DNA of 64,000 bases from Patescibacteria group bacterium (lineage in GTDB: Bacteria; Patescibacteriota; Patescibacteriia; Patescibacteriales; UBA12075), in assembly GCA_018897195.1 (NCBI GenBank), contig JAHILH010000001.1, forward strand, positions 284,565 to 348,564, read 5' to 3'. Under the pieces are notes generated by a model. The model saw nothing but the letters and a program-made list of their open reading frames with translations, had not been told where the DNA came from and did not search any database. Numbering within the stretch: position 1 is the first letter of the stretch; each line of letters starts with the position of its first letter. A program made the position numbers and the translations under genes. Below are positions 23,154 to 31,952 of the stretch, piece after piece.

Positions 23154-23429
23154 ATGTTCAACAAATTAAAACAAATCAAAGACTTACGTGACCAAGCCAA
23201 AGTAATGCAAAGCGCCTTGTCCGGAGAATCTATTACCGTAGATCGCAAAGGATTAACACTTGTTATGAATGGCAATATGGAAATCACCTCTGTAAAAATC
23301 AATGAAGAAATTACCAAAGAGAAATTAGAAGAAATTATCAAAGACAATACAAATAATGCTATCAAGCAAATTCAAAAAGTAATGGCCAAGAAGATGCAAG
23401 AAATGGGCGGCTTCCCTGGTTTGTCATAA
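23154..23429 (+). CDS. ybaB: Nucleoid-associated protein YbaB/EbfC
   Basis: Start moved to ATG 23154 (MFNKLKQIKDLRDQAKVMQ...). The earlier part of the track ORF lies inside the repeat element. Classic position upstream of recR. Confidence 0.8.
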   Translation: MFNKLKQIKDLRDQAKVMQSALSGESITVDRKGLTLVMNGNMEITSVKINEEITKEKLEEIIKDNTNNAIKQIQKVMAKKMQEMGGFPGLS

Positions 23430-23438
23430 ACCACAGCC

Positions 23439-24041
23439 ATGAATTATCCCAAGGCGATTCAAGATTTAATCAGTCATTTAAAAAAACTACCAAGCGTTGG
23501 ACCCAAGACGGCTGAGAGGTATGTTTTTTATCTACTCAATCAACGCCAAGAAGATTTACAACAGTTCGCCAAAGCAATTGCCGAACTAAAAGATAATATC
23601 ACTATTTGCAAAACCTGTTATCAAGTGTCAGAGGCAAACCCATGTTCAATCTGCGCCAATTCTAATCGAGACAATCATACTATCTCCGTTGTTGCCAACA
23701 CTCGTGACCTGCTCACAATTGAAGCGACCAAAATCTACAACGGCAAATACCATGTTCTGGGCGGCCTGATCGATTCTATAAAAAATATCACCCCCGGTGA
23801 TTTATATATCAAGCAGCTCGTTGAGCGCCTTGAAAAAGAAAAAATAAAAGAAGTCATTTTGTCCTTAAATCCAACCTTGGAGGGCGAAACAACTTCCTTG
23901 TACATTTCAAAATTAATCAAAAGCCACAACCCCAATGTGCGTATCACTCGTCTCGCCAAAGGACTACCCTCTGGTTCTGACCTTGAATACGCCGATGAAG
24001 TAACCCTAGCAAACGCTCTCAAGTATCGCAACGAACTTTAG
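23439..24041 (+). CDS. recR: Recombination protein RecR
   Basis: LPSVGPKTAERYVFYLL (HhH), zinc finger CKTCYQVSEANPCSIC, and a Toprim region. Confidence 0.95.
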   Translation: MNYPKAIQDLISHLKKLPSVGPKTAERYVFYLLNQRQEDLQQFAKAIAELKDNITICKTCYQVSEANPCSICANSNRDNHTISVVANTRDLLTIEATKIYNGKYHVLGGLIDSIKNITPGDLYIKQLVERLEKEKIKEVILSLNPTLEGETTSLYISKLIKSHNPNVRITRLAKGLPSGSDLEYADEVTLANALKYRNEL

Positions 24042-24072
24042 ATCAACCTCAGAAAAAAGGAGGTAAAAAACC

Positions 24073-24261
24073 ATGAATACCAAAAAAAGAGCAAGACAAG
24101 CAAAAAAAATCTACTCCTGGCATGTACTCTCACAAATAGTAAAAGACAAAGACTGCATTCCCGGGTCAAGCGTTGTTGCTATCTGCTTAGCTGCCGCAAC
24201 AGCACTAATCACATTTGCCATCATTGCAGAAAAAGCAAACTTCAATTGGGTAAATTTCTAA
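24073..24261 (+). CDS. Small basic protein with a C-terminal TM helix (62 aa)
   Basis: Strong RBS AAAAGGAGGT 7 nt before the ATG. A terminator follows at 24270-24302. Confidence 0.5.
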   Translation: MNTKKRARQAKKIYSWHVLSQIVKDKDCIPGSSVVAICLAAATALITFAIIAEKANFNWVNF

Positions 24262-24269
24262 AACAAAAC

Positions 24270-24302
24270 AAAAAACCCGACTCAGAAATGAGTCGGGTTT
24301 TA
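24270..24302. terminator. Bidirectional terminator between convergent genes
   Basis: AAAAAACCCGACTC-AGAAAT-GAGTCGGGTTTTA. Confidence 0.75.
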
Positions 24303-24314
24303 TCATAGAGAGTA

Positions 24315-24632
24315 TTAAGCAATCTTTTTGATCTCAACCTTAGTATAAGGTTGTCTGTGACCAGTTGTTTTCATATAACGAGTCTTGCTCTTATATTTAA
24401 CTACTGTCACCTTATCATCCTTACCGGTTTCAATAACTGTTCCTTCAACCAATTCACCAAGTGATGGTTTTCCTAGGGTAACATTTTCACCCTCAGAACC
24501 AGCTGTCATCAAGGTATCGAATTTTACAGTTTCGCCTGCTTCAACGTTTAATTTTTCAATTTTGACAATTTGACCTTCTTGTACTTTGTACTGTTTGCCA
24601 CCAGTTTTGATAACTGCAATCTTATTAGACAT
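24315..24632 (-). CDS. rplU: 50S ribosomal protein L21
   Basis: Start moved to ATG 24632 (MSNKIAVIKTGGKQYKVQEGQ), the canonical L21 N-terminus. Confidence 0.9.
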   Translation of the reverse strand: MSNKIAVIKTGGKQYKVQEGQIVKIEKLNVEAGETVKFDTLMTAGSEGENVTLGKPSLGELVEGTVIETGKDDKVTVVKYKSKTRYMKTTGHRQPYTKVEIKKIA

Positions 24633-24639
24633 ATTTTGA

Positions 24640-24668
24640 TATATTTGGAACAAAACCAATCGGGTCAA
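24640..24668 (-). promoter_or_regulatory. rplU promoter, -10 box 5-7 nt from the ATG
   Basis: The reverse strand reads TTGACC-17 nt-AATATA-TCAAAAT-ATG, with no Shine-Dalgarno. Confidence 0.5.
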
Positions 24669-24755
24669 TTCTATTCCGTATTTAATTAATATTTGAAAAC
24701 ATAAAAAAGCCATCGGCTTTTTGTATAGTCAGGAATCTCAAAATTCCAGGTGACT

Positions 24756-24786
24756 AAAATACCGCGTACTTATTGCGGTATTTTTA
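24756..24786 (-). terminator. Intrinsic terminator after the malic enzyme gene
   Basis: ATACCGC-GTACTTATT-GCGGTAT flanked by A and T runs. Confidence 0.6.
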
Positions 24787-24817
24787 TTATACTAAAATAG
24801 TAAAAAAAGTCAAGAAA

Positions 24818-25954
24818 TTACTTCTTAATCGCCTTCGCAATGGCCGTAACCGCCTTTTTGTCTGTAACTTTAGGTAAAATATTGTCAGATGTGGGTTTTT
24901 TAACCGTATACGCCAAGGCAATGGCCGCAGATATTTTCATGGCCAAAGTTACCTTTTTCACGCCAGAATCCAACAATCCCCTAAATATACCCGGAAAAAC
25001 CAAGGCATTATTGATCTGGTTGGCGAAATCTGAGCGTCCTGTACCAATAATAGCCGCACCAGCTTTTTTGGCAATATCCGGCATAACTTCCGGAACAGGA
25101 TTAGCCATGGCAAAAATAATTGGATCGGGATTCATAGATCTAATCATTTCCGCAGAAACCAAATTCCCCTTGGACACACCAATGAAGACATCAGCATTTT
25201 TCATGGCAACATCAAGACCACCTTTCAATTTTTTCTTGTTAGTTTTTTTCGCCATATTTACTTTGTGTATATTCATCCCTTCACGTCCGCTATAAATAAT
25301 CCCCTTGCTATCCAAGATAATCATATTCTTAACATCTTGTGCTAATAGCAATCGCGCAATCGCAAATCCAGCCGCACCGCCACCATTGATAACCACTTGC
25401 AAATCCTTCATTACTTTACCAGTCACCCGGCAAGCATTTATCAAAGCTGCCAAAACTACAATTGCCGTGCCGTCTTGGTCATCATGAAAAACAGGAATTG
25501 ATAATTCATTTTCCAGTCTTTCTAAAATATCAAAACAACGCGGTGCGGAAATATCTTCCAAATTAATCCCGCCAAAACTCGGTTCGATTAATTTACAGAA
25601 ACGAATAATTTCTTCTGTGTCCGTGGTATTAATACAAAGCGGCATCGCATCGACACCAGCAAACTCTTTAAAAATAATCGACTTCCCTTCCATTACAGGC
25701 ATTCCCGCTTCCGGACCGATGTCTCCAAGACCCAACACGGCTGTCCCATCACAAACAATCGCAATCTGATTTTTGCGATTAGTCAATTCCCAGCTTTTTT
25801 TCTTATCCTTGGCAATCTCCATGCACACCGCCGCCACGCCAGGCGTATATGCCGTTGACAGATCCTCAATCGTCTCTAATCTGACCTTAGATTTAATCTC
25901 AATTTTCCCACGATTCTTTTTGTGCAAAGCAATCGCTTTTTTGTTATAGTCCAT
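24818..25954 (-). CDS. NAD(P)-dependent malic enzyme (short form)
   Basis: LSTAYTPGVAAVC, VCDGTAVLGLGDIGPEAGMPVMEGK, GGINLEDISAPRCF, GGGAAG. Confidence 0.85.
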   Translation of the reverse strand: MDYNKKAIALHKKNRGKIEIKSKVRLETIEDLSTAYTPGVAAVCMEIAKDKKKSWELTNRKNQIAIVCDGTAVLGLGDIGPEAGMPVMEGKSIIFKEFAGVDAMPLCINTTDTEEIIRFCKLIEPSFGGINLEDISAPRCFDILERLENELSIPVFHDDQDGTAIVVLAALINACRVTGKVMKDLQVVINGGGAAGFAIARLLLAQDVKNMIILDSKGIIYSGREGMNIHKVNMAKKTNKKKLKGGLDVAMKNADVFIGVSKGNLVSAEMIRSMNPDPIIFAMANPVPEVMPDIAKKAGAAIIGTGRSDFANQINNALVFPGIFRGLLDSGVKKVTLAMKISAAIALAYTVKKPTSDNILPKVTDKKAVTAIAKAIKK

Positions 25955-25974
25955 AAATTTATATAAATTAATTA

Positions 25975-27186
25975 TTAATCAAAAATTGAATATTTTTTTT
26001 CAAATATCAACACCAGGACAAATGTTAAAACACCAGTTATAATCAATGTAACCACGGCCGCCTGAACAAGCGCAATAATACTCAAAAAAGAAATGAAGAT
26101 AAGTACTCCCAAGATTCTGCCAATATGCATATACATTTCTCTATTCATGATATTATTCGCCATATCGTCATGCGCTTGTTTATAAAAACTACCATCTAGG
26201 GCTACGTGCAATAATCCACCAAATACACCACCCATTGTTTGAAAAGTTGTAATTGCAAATATTGTTGTTGAAAAAGCGCGAAAAACCAATGAAACACCGT
26301 GGCCAACAGCCCCTAATTTCCCTACACCATTAGAACCATTCTTATCAATTCTTTTACCACCAAGATAACTAACTAATGCATAGGCTGAGTTAGAAACTAA
26401 GTACAAAAAACCAATTGAAATTAATTTCACTGAAAGAAAAAATAAAAGTATCGGCCACAAAAAACCAGTAGCCACATGACCCATGCCCTGAATAATAAAT
26501 ATTATATTTTTTCGCATCTTACCAAAATCAAAAATCTTTTCAAAGTTCAGACTAATATCAATGACAATATTTTCAGCAGTCAACAAAACCATTGAAGCGG
26601 CAAACACAAATAATGCACTAACTAAAAAAGAACCATAAAAACCAAATACAGTGATAACGGTCGCGCCCAGCAACGGGCTGACAATACTTGCCAAGGTTGG
26701 AACTCCCATCAGTAGGCCTAATTTTTCACCCCCATTTTCTGCTTTAGTTGCTTTCAAAAAATAAACATGATGCGCCGTCCAATAAAAAGAAGAGGCCATA
26801 ATATCAATTAACGCAAGAATAAATAAAAAAAGAATTTTTCCCAAATCAGCCATTAAAACAACCGAAGCGCCCAAGATTAAATAAAATACAACATTTAAAA
26901 AATAACTAATTATTAATGATCTTTTTATTCCCCACCTAGAAATATTTGTCAAAACAAAATAATGACAAAAAATAGCACCAATAAATAAAAATAATTCAAA
27001 AAAAGCAATTTCATGAATTGTTAAACCAAGATTTTTATACAAAAAAATCGGCACAAACAAAGAAACCATGGAAAGAGCAATCAATCTCAAGGTGTCAGCA
27101 ATTACTAAGTTATTGTATTTATTGTGCAAAAAACTAGACAGGTGCAAATGTTTTGCGATGTGTAATTCATGATGATATTTATCCAT
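25975..27186 (-). CDS. MFS-type transporter
   Basis: 403 aa with ~12 hydrophobic helices in two halves. The family call rests on topology only. Confidence 0.5.
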   Translation of the reverse strand: MDKYHHELHIAKHLHLSSFLHNKYNNLVIADTLRLIALSMVSLFVPIFLYKNLGLTIHEIAFFELFLFIGAIFCHYFVLTNISRWGIKRSLIISYFLNVVFYLILGASVVLMADLGKILFLFILALIDIMASSFYWTAHHVYFLKATKAENGGEKLGLLMGVPTLASIVSPLLGATVITVFGFYGSFLVSALFVFAASMVLLTAENIVIDISLNFEKIFDFGKMRKNIIFIIQGMGHVATGFLWPILLFFLSVKLISIGFLYLVSNSAYALVSYLGGKRIDKNGSNGVGKLGAVGHGVSLVFRAFSTTIFAITTFQTMGGVFGGLLHVALDGSFYKQAHDDMANNIMNREMYMHIGRILGVLIFISFLSIIALVQAAVVTLIITGVLTFVLVLIFEKKYSIFD

Positions 27187-27187
27187 G

Positions 27188-27880
27188 TTATATTTTTTTA
27201 TTTATTTTATTATATTTATTTAAAATCAGATCAACGTCAGTCTTCTCAAAATCAGGCCAATACTTGTTCATAGAAATAAATTCACTATCCGCCGATTGCC
27301 ACAATAAAAATCCCGATACCGTCTGCAAACCAGCCATGCTCACAATTAAGTCCGGATAGGCAATCTCGTTTTGGTAAAGATATTTTCTTATCAAGGATTC
27401 ACTAACCTGTTCTGTCTCAAATTTTTTATCAATTATTTTCTTAACCGCTTCAACAATTTCATTACGTCCATCATAATTAAAACAAAAATTCATTGTGCCT
27501 TTGGAGTTATCCTTGGTAGCACTAACAGCCTCCTTAAAAACATCTGCCAAATCACCAGGCAAGTCATTTGTTTCACCACTCAATAATATCTTATAACCAC
27601 TCTGATCAAACTCAGGCAAATTTTCCTTAAGAAAATTCTTTGTCACCTTCATCAAATAAGCCAAATCGTTTTCACTCTTTTTGTAATTATTCGTGAGATA
27701 AAGCGAAAAGGAAATTTCTTTAACACCTTTTTCAAAAAACCATCCAGGCACATTCTTTAATAGTTCATAACATTTTATCGAACCATTTTCAACAGCCAGA
27801 TTTCGTTCCTTGGCCCACTCATCATTGCCACCGAGCATAATAGCGATATGGCGGGGAATTTTATTTTTATTTTCTGTCAT
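27188..27880 (-). CDS. cis-prenyltransferase (UppS) homolog with substituted catalytic positions
   Basis: Collinear with E. coli UppS as I remember it. RHIAIMLGGNDEWAKE replaces RHVAIIMDGNGRWAKK, LYLTNNYKKS replaces AFSSENWNRP, and DLIVSMAGLQTVSGFLLWQ replaces DLVIRTGGEHRISNFLLWQ. Confidence 0.65.
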   Translation of the reverse strand: MTENKNKIPRHIAIMLGGNDEWAKERNLAVENGSIKCYELLKNVPGWFFEKGVKEISFSLYLTNNYKKSENDLAYLMKVTKNFLKENLPEFDQSGYKILLSGETNDLPGDLADVFKEAVSATKDNSKGTMNFCFNYDGRNEIVEAVKKIIDKKFETEQVSESLIRKYLYQNEIAYPDLIVSMAGLQTVSGFLLWQSADSEFISMNKYWPDFEKTDVDLILNKYNKINKKI

Positions 27881-28153
27881 TTATTTTACTATTTTTATTA
27901 ATTTAATCTTATCACCAGCTCCACTAATAATCTTCACGCCATCTTTACCAACCCCAAATTCCTTGGCGAGAAATTTCACCAACTCAATATTAGCCTTGCC
28001 ACCTTCTGGCGCAGCCGCAATGTCTATTTTTAAAACTTCCTCCTCGCCGTCAAGCATGCTCTTAACCTCCGTCTTGTTCGCCCCTGGTCTAGCTTTTATT
28101 TTTAAATAAACTTCATTGTCGTTATTTAATTTCGCCTGATATTTTTTCAACAT
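27881..28153 (-). CDS. DUF167 (YggU-like) protein
   Basis: Start moved to ATG 28153 (MLKKYQAKL...). VYLKIKARPGANKTEV...APEGGKANIELVKFLAKEF...VKIISGAGDKIKLIKI fits the DUF167 pattern. Overlaps the upstream gene by 32 nt. Confidence 0.7.
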   Translation of the reverse strand: MLKKYQAKLNNDNEVYLKIKARPGANKTEVKSMLDGEEEVLKIDIAAAPEGGKANIELVKFLAKEFGVGKDGVKIISGAGDKIKLIKIVK

Positions 28154-29456
28154 TTTTTCTTTCGCTAAAAACAATAGCATTAGGAATATTGCGTCCCGGG
28201 CCAAGCATTAGTTCGCCGTTATAAAATAAAGCTTCGGAATATCCGCCGTCCATATTCAAGGCATATTCCATACCCAGCTCTTGCATAATATAACCTAAGT
28301 CCGGCACAGTCGCATTGCGTGCCACCACCAAATAAGTCTTATTATCTTTATATCCAATCGCATTACGCAAAAGCTTTCCTGTTCTCTGCTTCGCATCCAA
28401 GCTATAATCAACCAAATAATTCATGTAGTTTTCAATCAAGCGCGGATTATCACCAATCGCAGCTTGCAATTTCACGCCGTACGCTTCTCGAAAAGACTCT
28501 TGCACTGTTTTGCCGCCATTATTTTTATACCAACTTGGCGTCGGAAAATCGCGCCCGTCCTTAAAGTAATAAAATTTATTATTTGCATCCCAGGCCATAA
28601 TCGGACCGGTTGTCCAATACTTCAATTGATGCACATTAACCATTTTATCTAAATTTTTATCATAGACTGGATAAAAATAATAATTCGCGCCATCACAACC
28701 AGAAGAAGAGCAAAAATATGTACCATTCATGGCTGCAAAACCGTCATTCTTAATGACAAAATCCATCAATGTCGCACCTCCGTATTTTCCACTCTTGGCT
28801 TCAGTTGGATATGGCTCAGCTACTGGTGTAACTATTTCCAAATTCGGATTACTCAAATCTATTTCAATCATATCGATTGTATACACTTGATTATTAACGG
28901 TTATTTTTTTATTTTCATATTTACTATAACTATTAATCGACTCACTCAAACCTGGTTTGTGAATCATAGCCAGATCTTTTTGACTAATTCCCAACCCCAA
29001 TTTCCGCATCACCGCAAAAGCATCCGCTGGCCTACCTAAGTAATATTTTTTCAAATCTTTGGGATAAATATACCAAGCCTCACCGTTCTTTTCGACTTGT
29101 AAAATAATCTGACCAGATAATTTTTGCGCCAAAGCTAAGTCACCAGCACTAGTCGAAGCCACCGTGCTCGTGGCAATTGTACTGGTAGACACAGCACTTG
29201 TGTCCGCAATCGGAATTTTTTTAAATTCAGTCTCATTAATACCCAAGCCAAGCGTGCGCATCAAGGCAAAAGCATCATTAGGTCGTCCTAAATAATAGCG
29301 TTTCGCATCTTTCGGATTCACATACCAAGCCTCGCCGTTTTTTTCCACATTTAAAAGAATCATTCCCGACAATCTACCAGCCGCTTCACCCGTTTGCACG
29401 ATTATTGGCGACACCAAAAATATAATTAATAACAGTATTTTGAATAAATTTTTCAT
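28122..29456 (-). CDS. Secreted protein: two N-terminal ~55-aa repeats plus a C-terminal phosphodiester-glycosidase-like (DUF2233/NAGPA) domain
   Basis: Signal peptide MKNLFKILLLIIFLVSPIIVQTGEA. Duplicated module LSG.I.L.VEKNGEAWY..PKD.K.YYLGRP.DAF..MR.LGLGI. The C-terminal family call rests on the tail GYKDNKTYLVVARNATVPDLGYIMQELGMEYALNMDGGYSEALFYNG. Confidence 0.55.
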   Translation of the reverse strand: MKNLFKILLLIIFLVSPIIVQTGEAAGRLSGMILLNVEKNGEAWYVNPKDAKRYYLGRPNDAFALMRTLGLGINETEFKKIPIADTSAVSTSTIATSTVASTSAGDLALAQKLSGQIILQVEKNGEAWYIYPKDLKKYYLGRPADAFAVMRKLGLGISQKDLAMIHKPGLSESINSYSKYENKKITVNNQVYTIDMIEIDLSNPNLEIVTPVAEPYPTEAKSGKYGGATLMDFVIKNDGFAAMNGTYFCSSSGCDGANYYFYPVYDKNLDKMVNVHQLKYWTTGPIMAWDANNKFYYFKDGRDFPTPSWYKNNGGKTVQESFREAYGVKLQAAIGDNPRLIENYMNYLVDYSLDAKQRTGKLLRNAIGYKDNKTYLVVARNATVPDLGYIMQELGMEYALNMDGGYSEALFYNGELMLGPGRNIPNAIVFSERKNVEKISGEIK

Positions 29457-29502
29457 AGATTTATATAGAATAAATTATGTATACATTATAGCACAGCCGA
29501 AT

Positions 29503-29535
29503 AAAAAAAACAGTCCATTTCTGGACTGTTTTTAA
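29503..29535 (-). terminator. Intrinsic terminator after the cyclophilin gene
   Basis: AAAAAAAACAGTCCA-TTTC-TGGACTGTTTTT. Confidence 0.7.
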
Positions 29536-29550
29536 TAATTTTTTCGCTAA

Positions 29551-30249
29551 TTACTTCAGTAATTCAACACCATTAATTGCAATATCCACAACCGGTCGAT
29601 CTGGTCCTTCGGTCGCTGAGTTTTCAATCGCCATTACCACATCCATACCTTCTACCACTTCACCGAAATTGGTGTGCTTACCATCCAACCAAGGAGTCTC
29701 ATCAAGTGTTACAATAAAGAATTGTGAGCCATTGGTATTTGGTCCGGAATTCGCCATCGCCAAACTACCCTTTACCAATTTATGTGCATTAAACTCATCA
29801 GCAAAAGCATAACCTGGTCCTCCTGTTCCCCATCTCGATTTCATACCATCGTCCTTGCTCAATGGATCACCACTCTGAATCATAAAGTCCTTAATCACAC
29901 GATGAAACTTGATACCATCATAAAAACCCTTCTTTGCCAAGTTTAAAAAGTTATTAACTGTCGCTGGTGAGTCCTCACCATAAAACTTAACCTTAATGTC
30001 TCCCTTGCTAGTTTTAATTACTGCAAACTGATATTCAGCCGCCAAATCTTCTTGATTGTTGTTGTCCATACTTGATGTATTATCTTCTTGAGCTGTCTTC
30101 TCAACAGAAGTAGCGTCATTTTTTAAATCACTGGTTTGATTTGCAGTGTTGTCCGGGACATTCCCTTCATTTACAGTTTCGACACTTTTAGTTGTGCAAC
30201 CTGTTAACGATAAAGAAATAATCGCGATAAAAAGTAAATACTTTTTCAT
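29551..30249 (-). CDS. Peptidyl-prolyl cis-trans isomerase (cyclophilin type), lipoprotein
   Basis: Lipobox LSLTGC. Cyclophilin motifs FHRVIKDFMIQSGDP, SLAMANSGPNTNGSQFFI, LDGKHTNFGEVVEGMDV. Confidence 0.9.
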   Translation of the reverse strand: MKKYLLFIAIISLSLTGCTTKSVETVNEGNVPDNTANQTSDLKNDATSVEKTAQEDNTSSMDNNNQEDLAAEYQFAVIKTSKGDIKVKFYGEDSPATVNNFLNLAKKGFYDGIKFHRVIKDFMIQSGDPLSKDDGMKSRWGTGGPGYAFADEFNAHKLVKGSLAMANSGPNTNGSQFFIVTLDETPWLDGKHTNFGEVVEGMDVVMAIENSATEGPDRPVVDIAINGVELLK

Positions 30250-30345
30250 AGATTGTTTTTTTAATTAGTAAAATTCAATATTTCTATAATAACAAAAAAA
30301 GTTAAACTTGTTAACCTTTTTTAAAAGCCTAATTTTACAACTATT

Positions 30346-31833
30346 TTAAACCTTAAAATCTTTCTTCAATTCTCGATCATCCATTACACGTTTTTCCTCA
30401 ATCAAGGCCTTCGCCTTCAAGCGGAATTCCTCCAAGTCCATCTTATCCAATTCAATACTTCTTTGTTGTAGATATTCCAAATTATTTCGCTCCGGCTCTT
30501 CCAAAACTTCTGACAACAAAACATCCAAAATCTGTCCGATTTTCGGACTAGGCTGGATTTTTAATAATTCCATTAAATCTAAACCGTTAATTTTTAATTC
30601 CTTAACCGAAACCGGGTCATGTTGGACTTTTTCCATCATATATTCAAGGTGACGCAATTTGTAAGGCTTGCCTTTTTTCACATCCGAGCCCAAACGATCA
30701 GCAATGCGCAAATCTATCAAATCTTTGAGATTTTCCTTGCCCGCCTTAGCGACTAATTTACGCACGGAATGCTCAGTCACTTCGCCAGCATTATAATAAA
30801 ACATATGATTGCGCACTAAATTAACCACGCGAGCGGTATCATCGTTGGAGAACTTCAGTCTTTTCATAATTTTGTCCACCATTTTCGAACCAATGTATTC
30901 ATGGTTATAGAAAGTTGGCTGACTATCAATGATTTTCATTGATTTCGGTTTGCCAATATCATGAAATAGTGCGGCTAGGCGCACTTGCCACTCCTTACTT
31001 GGACAATGTTTCAAGGATAAAAGATTGTGTTTCAAAACATCATGCACATGATGATGAGCCTGATTCACTCCTTCGCCACTAGCCAGTTCGGGAATGATAT
31101 ACTGTAAGATGTTCGTTTTATGCAAAGCTTTGATACCATCATAAGGACGATCTGATTTCAAGATTTTAGTCAATTCATCCTTCATTCTTTCTTGGGCGAC
31201 AAATTTAATTGCGCCTGACATTTTAACAATCGCCCTCTCTGTCTTCGGTTCGATTTCAAAATCCAATTGCGCCAAAAAACGAATCGCGCGCATCATACGC
31301 AAAGAATCTTCCTTAAAACGATCAATCGGCTCACCAACAGCGCGAATAATTTTCTTGCGAATATCTTTTTGCCCCCCAAATAAATCAATAATTATAAAAT
31401 TATCCACCCTGGATTGATAGGGAGCGATTTCTTCAGTAATTTGAATCTTGGAATCGGCGCACTTCATCGCCAAGGCATTAATCGTAAAATCACGGCGGGC
31501 CAAATCTTTTTCCAATTCCTTTTCAAAGACTACTTGATCTGGTCGGCGGCGGTCGCTATAACCCTGTTCGGAACGATAAGTAGTAATTTCAACCACGTGT
31601 TCGGTTAAATCACCATTTTTAATCGGCAAAATCACTGTGCCGAAGGCATTTTCATAGCGAGCATCCGGAAATATTGCCATAATCTCCTCCGGTTCAGCAT
31701 TAGTGGTCAAATCCCAGTCTTTCGGCTCGACATTCATCAAGAAATCGCGAACAGAACCGCCCACGATAAAGATTTCATGGCCAGCTTCTTCAACTTGATT
31801 GATAACATTTTTTAAAAAATTAGGTAATTCCAT
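30346..31833 (-). CDS. cca: CCA-adding enzyme / tRNA nucleotidyltransferase with HD domain
   Basis: IVGGSVRDFLM, KDWDLTT, RRDFTINALA, and an HD region (LFHDIGKP). Consistent with the tRNAs lacking encoded CCA. Confidence 0.85.
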   Translation of the reverse strand: MELPNFLKNVINQVEEAGHEIFIVGGSVRDFLMNVEPKDWDLTTNAEPEEIMAIFPDARYENAFGTVILPIKNGDLTEHVVEITTYRSEQGYSDRRRPDQVVFEKELEKDLARRDFTINALAMKCADSKIQITEEIAPYQSRVDNFIIIDLFGGQKDIRKKIIRAVGEPIDRFKEDSLRMMRAIRFLAQLDFEIEPKTERAIVKMSGAIKFVAQERMKDELTKILKSDRPYDGIKALHKTNILQYIIPELASGEGVNQAHHHVHDVLKHNLLSLKHCPSKEWQVRLAALFHDIGKPKSMKIIDSQPTFYNHEYIGSKMVDKIMKRLKFSNDDTARVVNLVRNHMFYYNAGEVTEHSVRKLVAKAGKENLKDLIDLRIADRLGSDVKKGKPYKLRHLEYMMEKVQHDPVSVKELKINGLDLMELLKIQPSPKIGQILDVLLSEVLEEPERNNLEYLQQRSIELDKMDLEEFRLKAKALIEEKRVMDDRELKKDFKV

Positions 31834-31952
31834 AATAAAAACTATACTTTAAAAACGCTCTTGTGTCAAAGTTTTATTTATGCTACAATTTAAATATCAA
31901 GAAAAAGTGTTTTACACAGCTTGAACAAAAAAAACAAAAAACAAACACAAAA

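Noticed and set aside
23069-23365. 98-aa minus-strand ORF containing VIPAKAGIQ
   Set aside because: The C-terminal part is a translation of the repeat terminus. The rest is antisense to ybaB.
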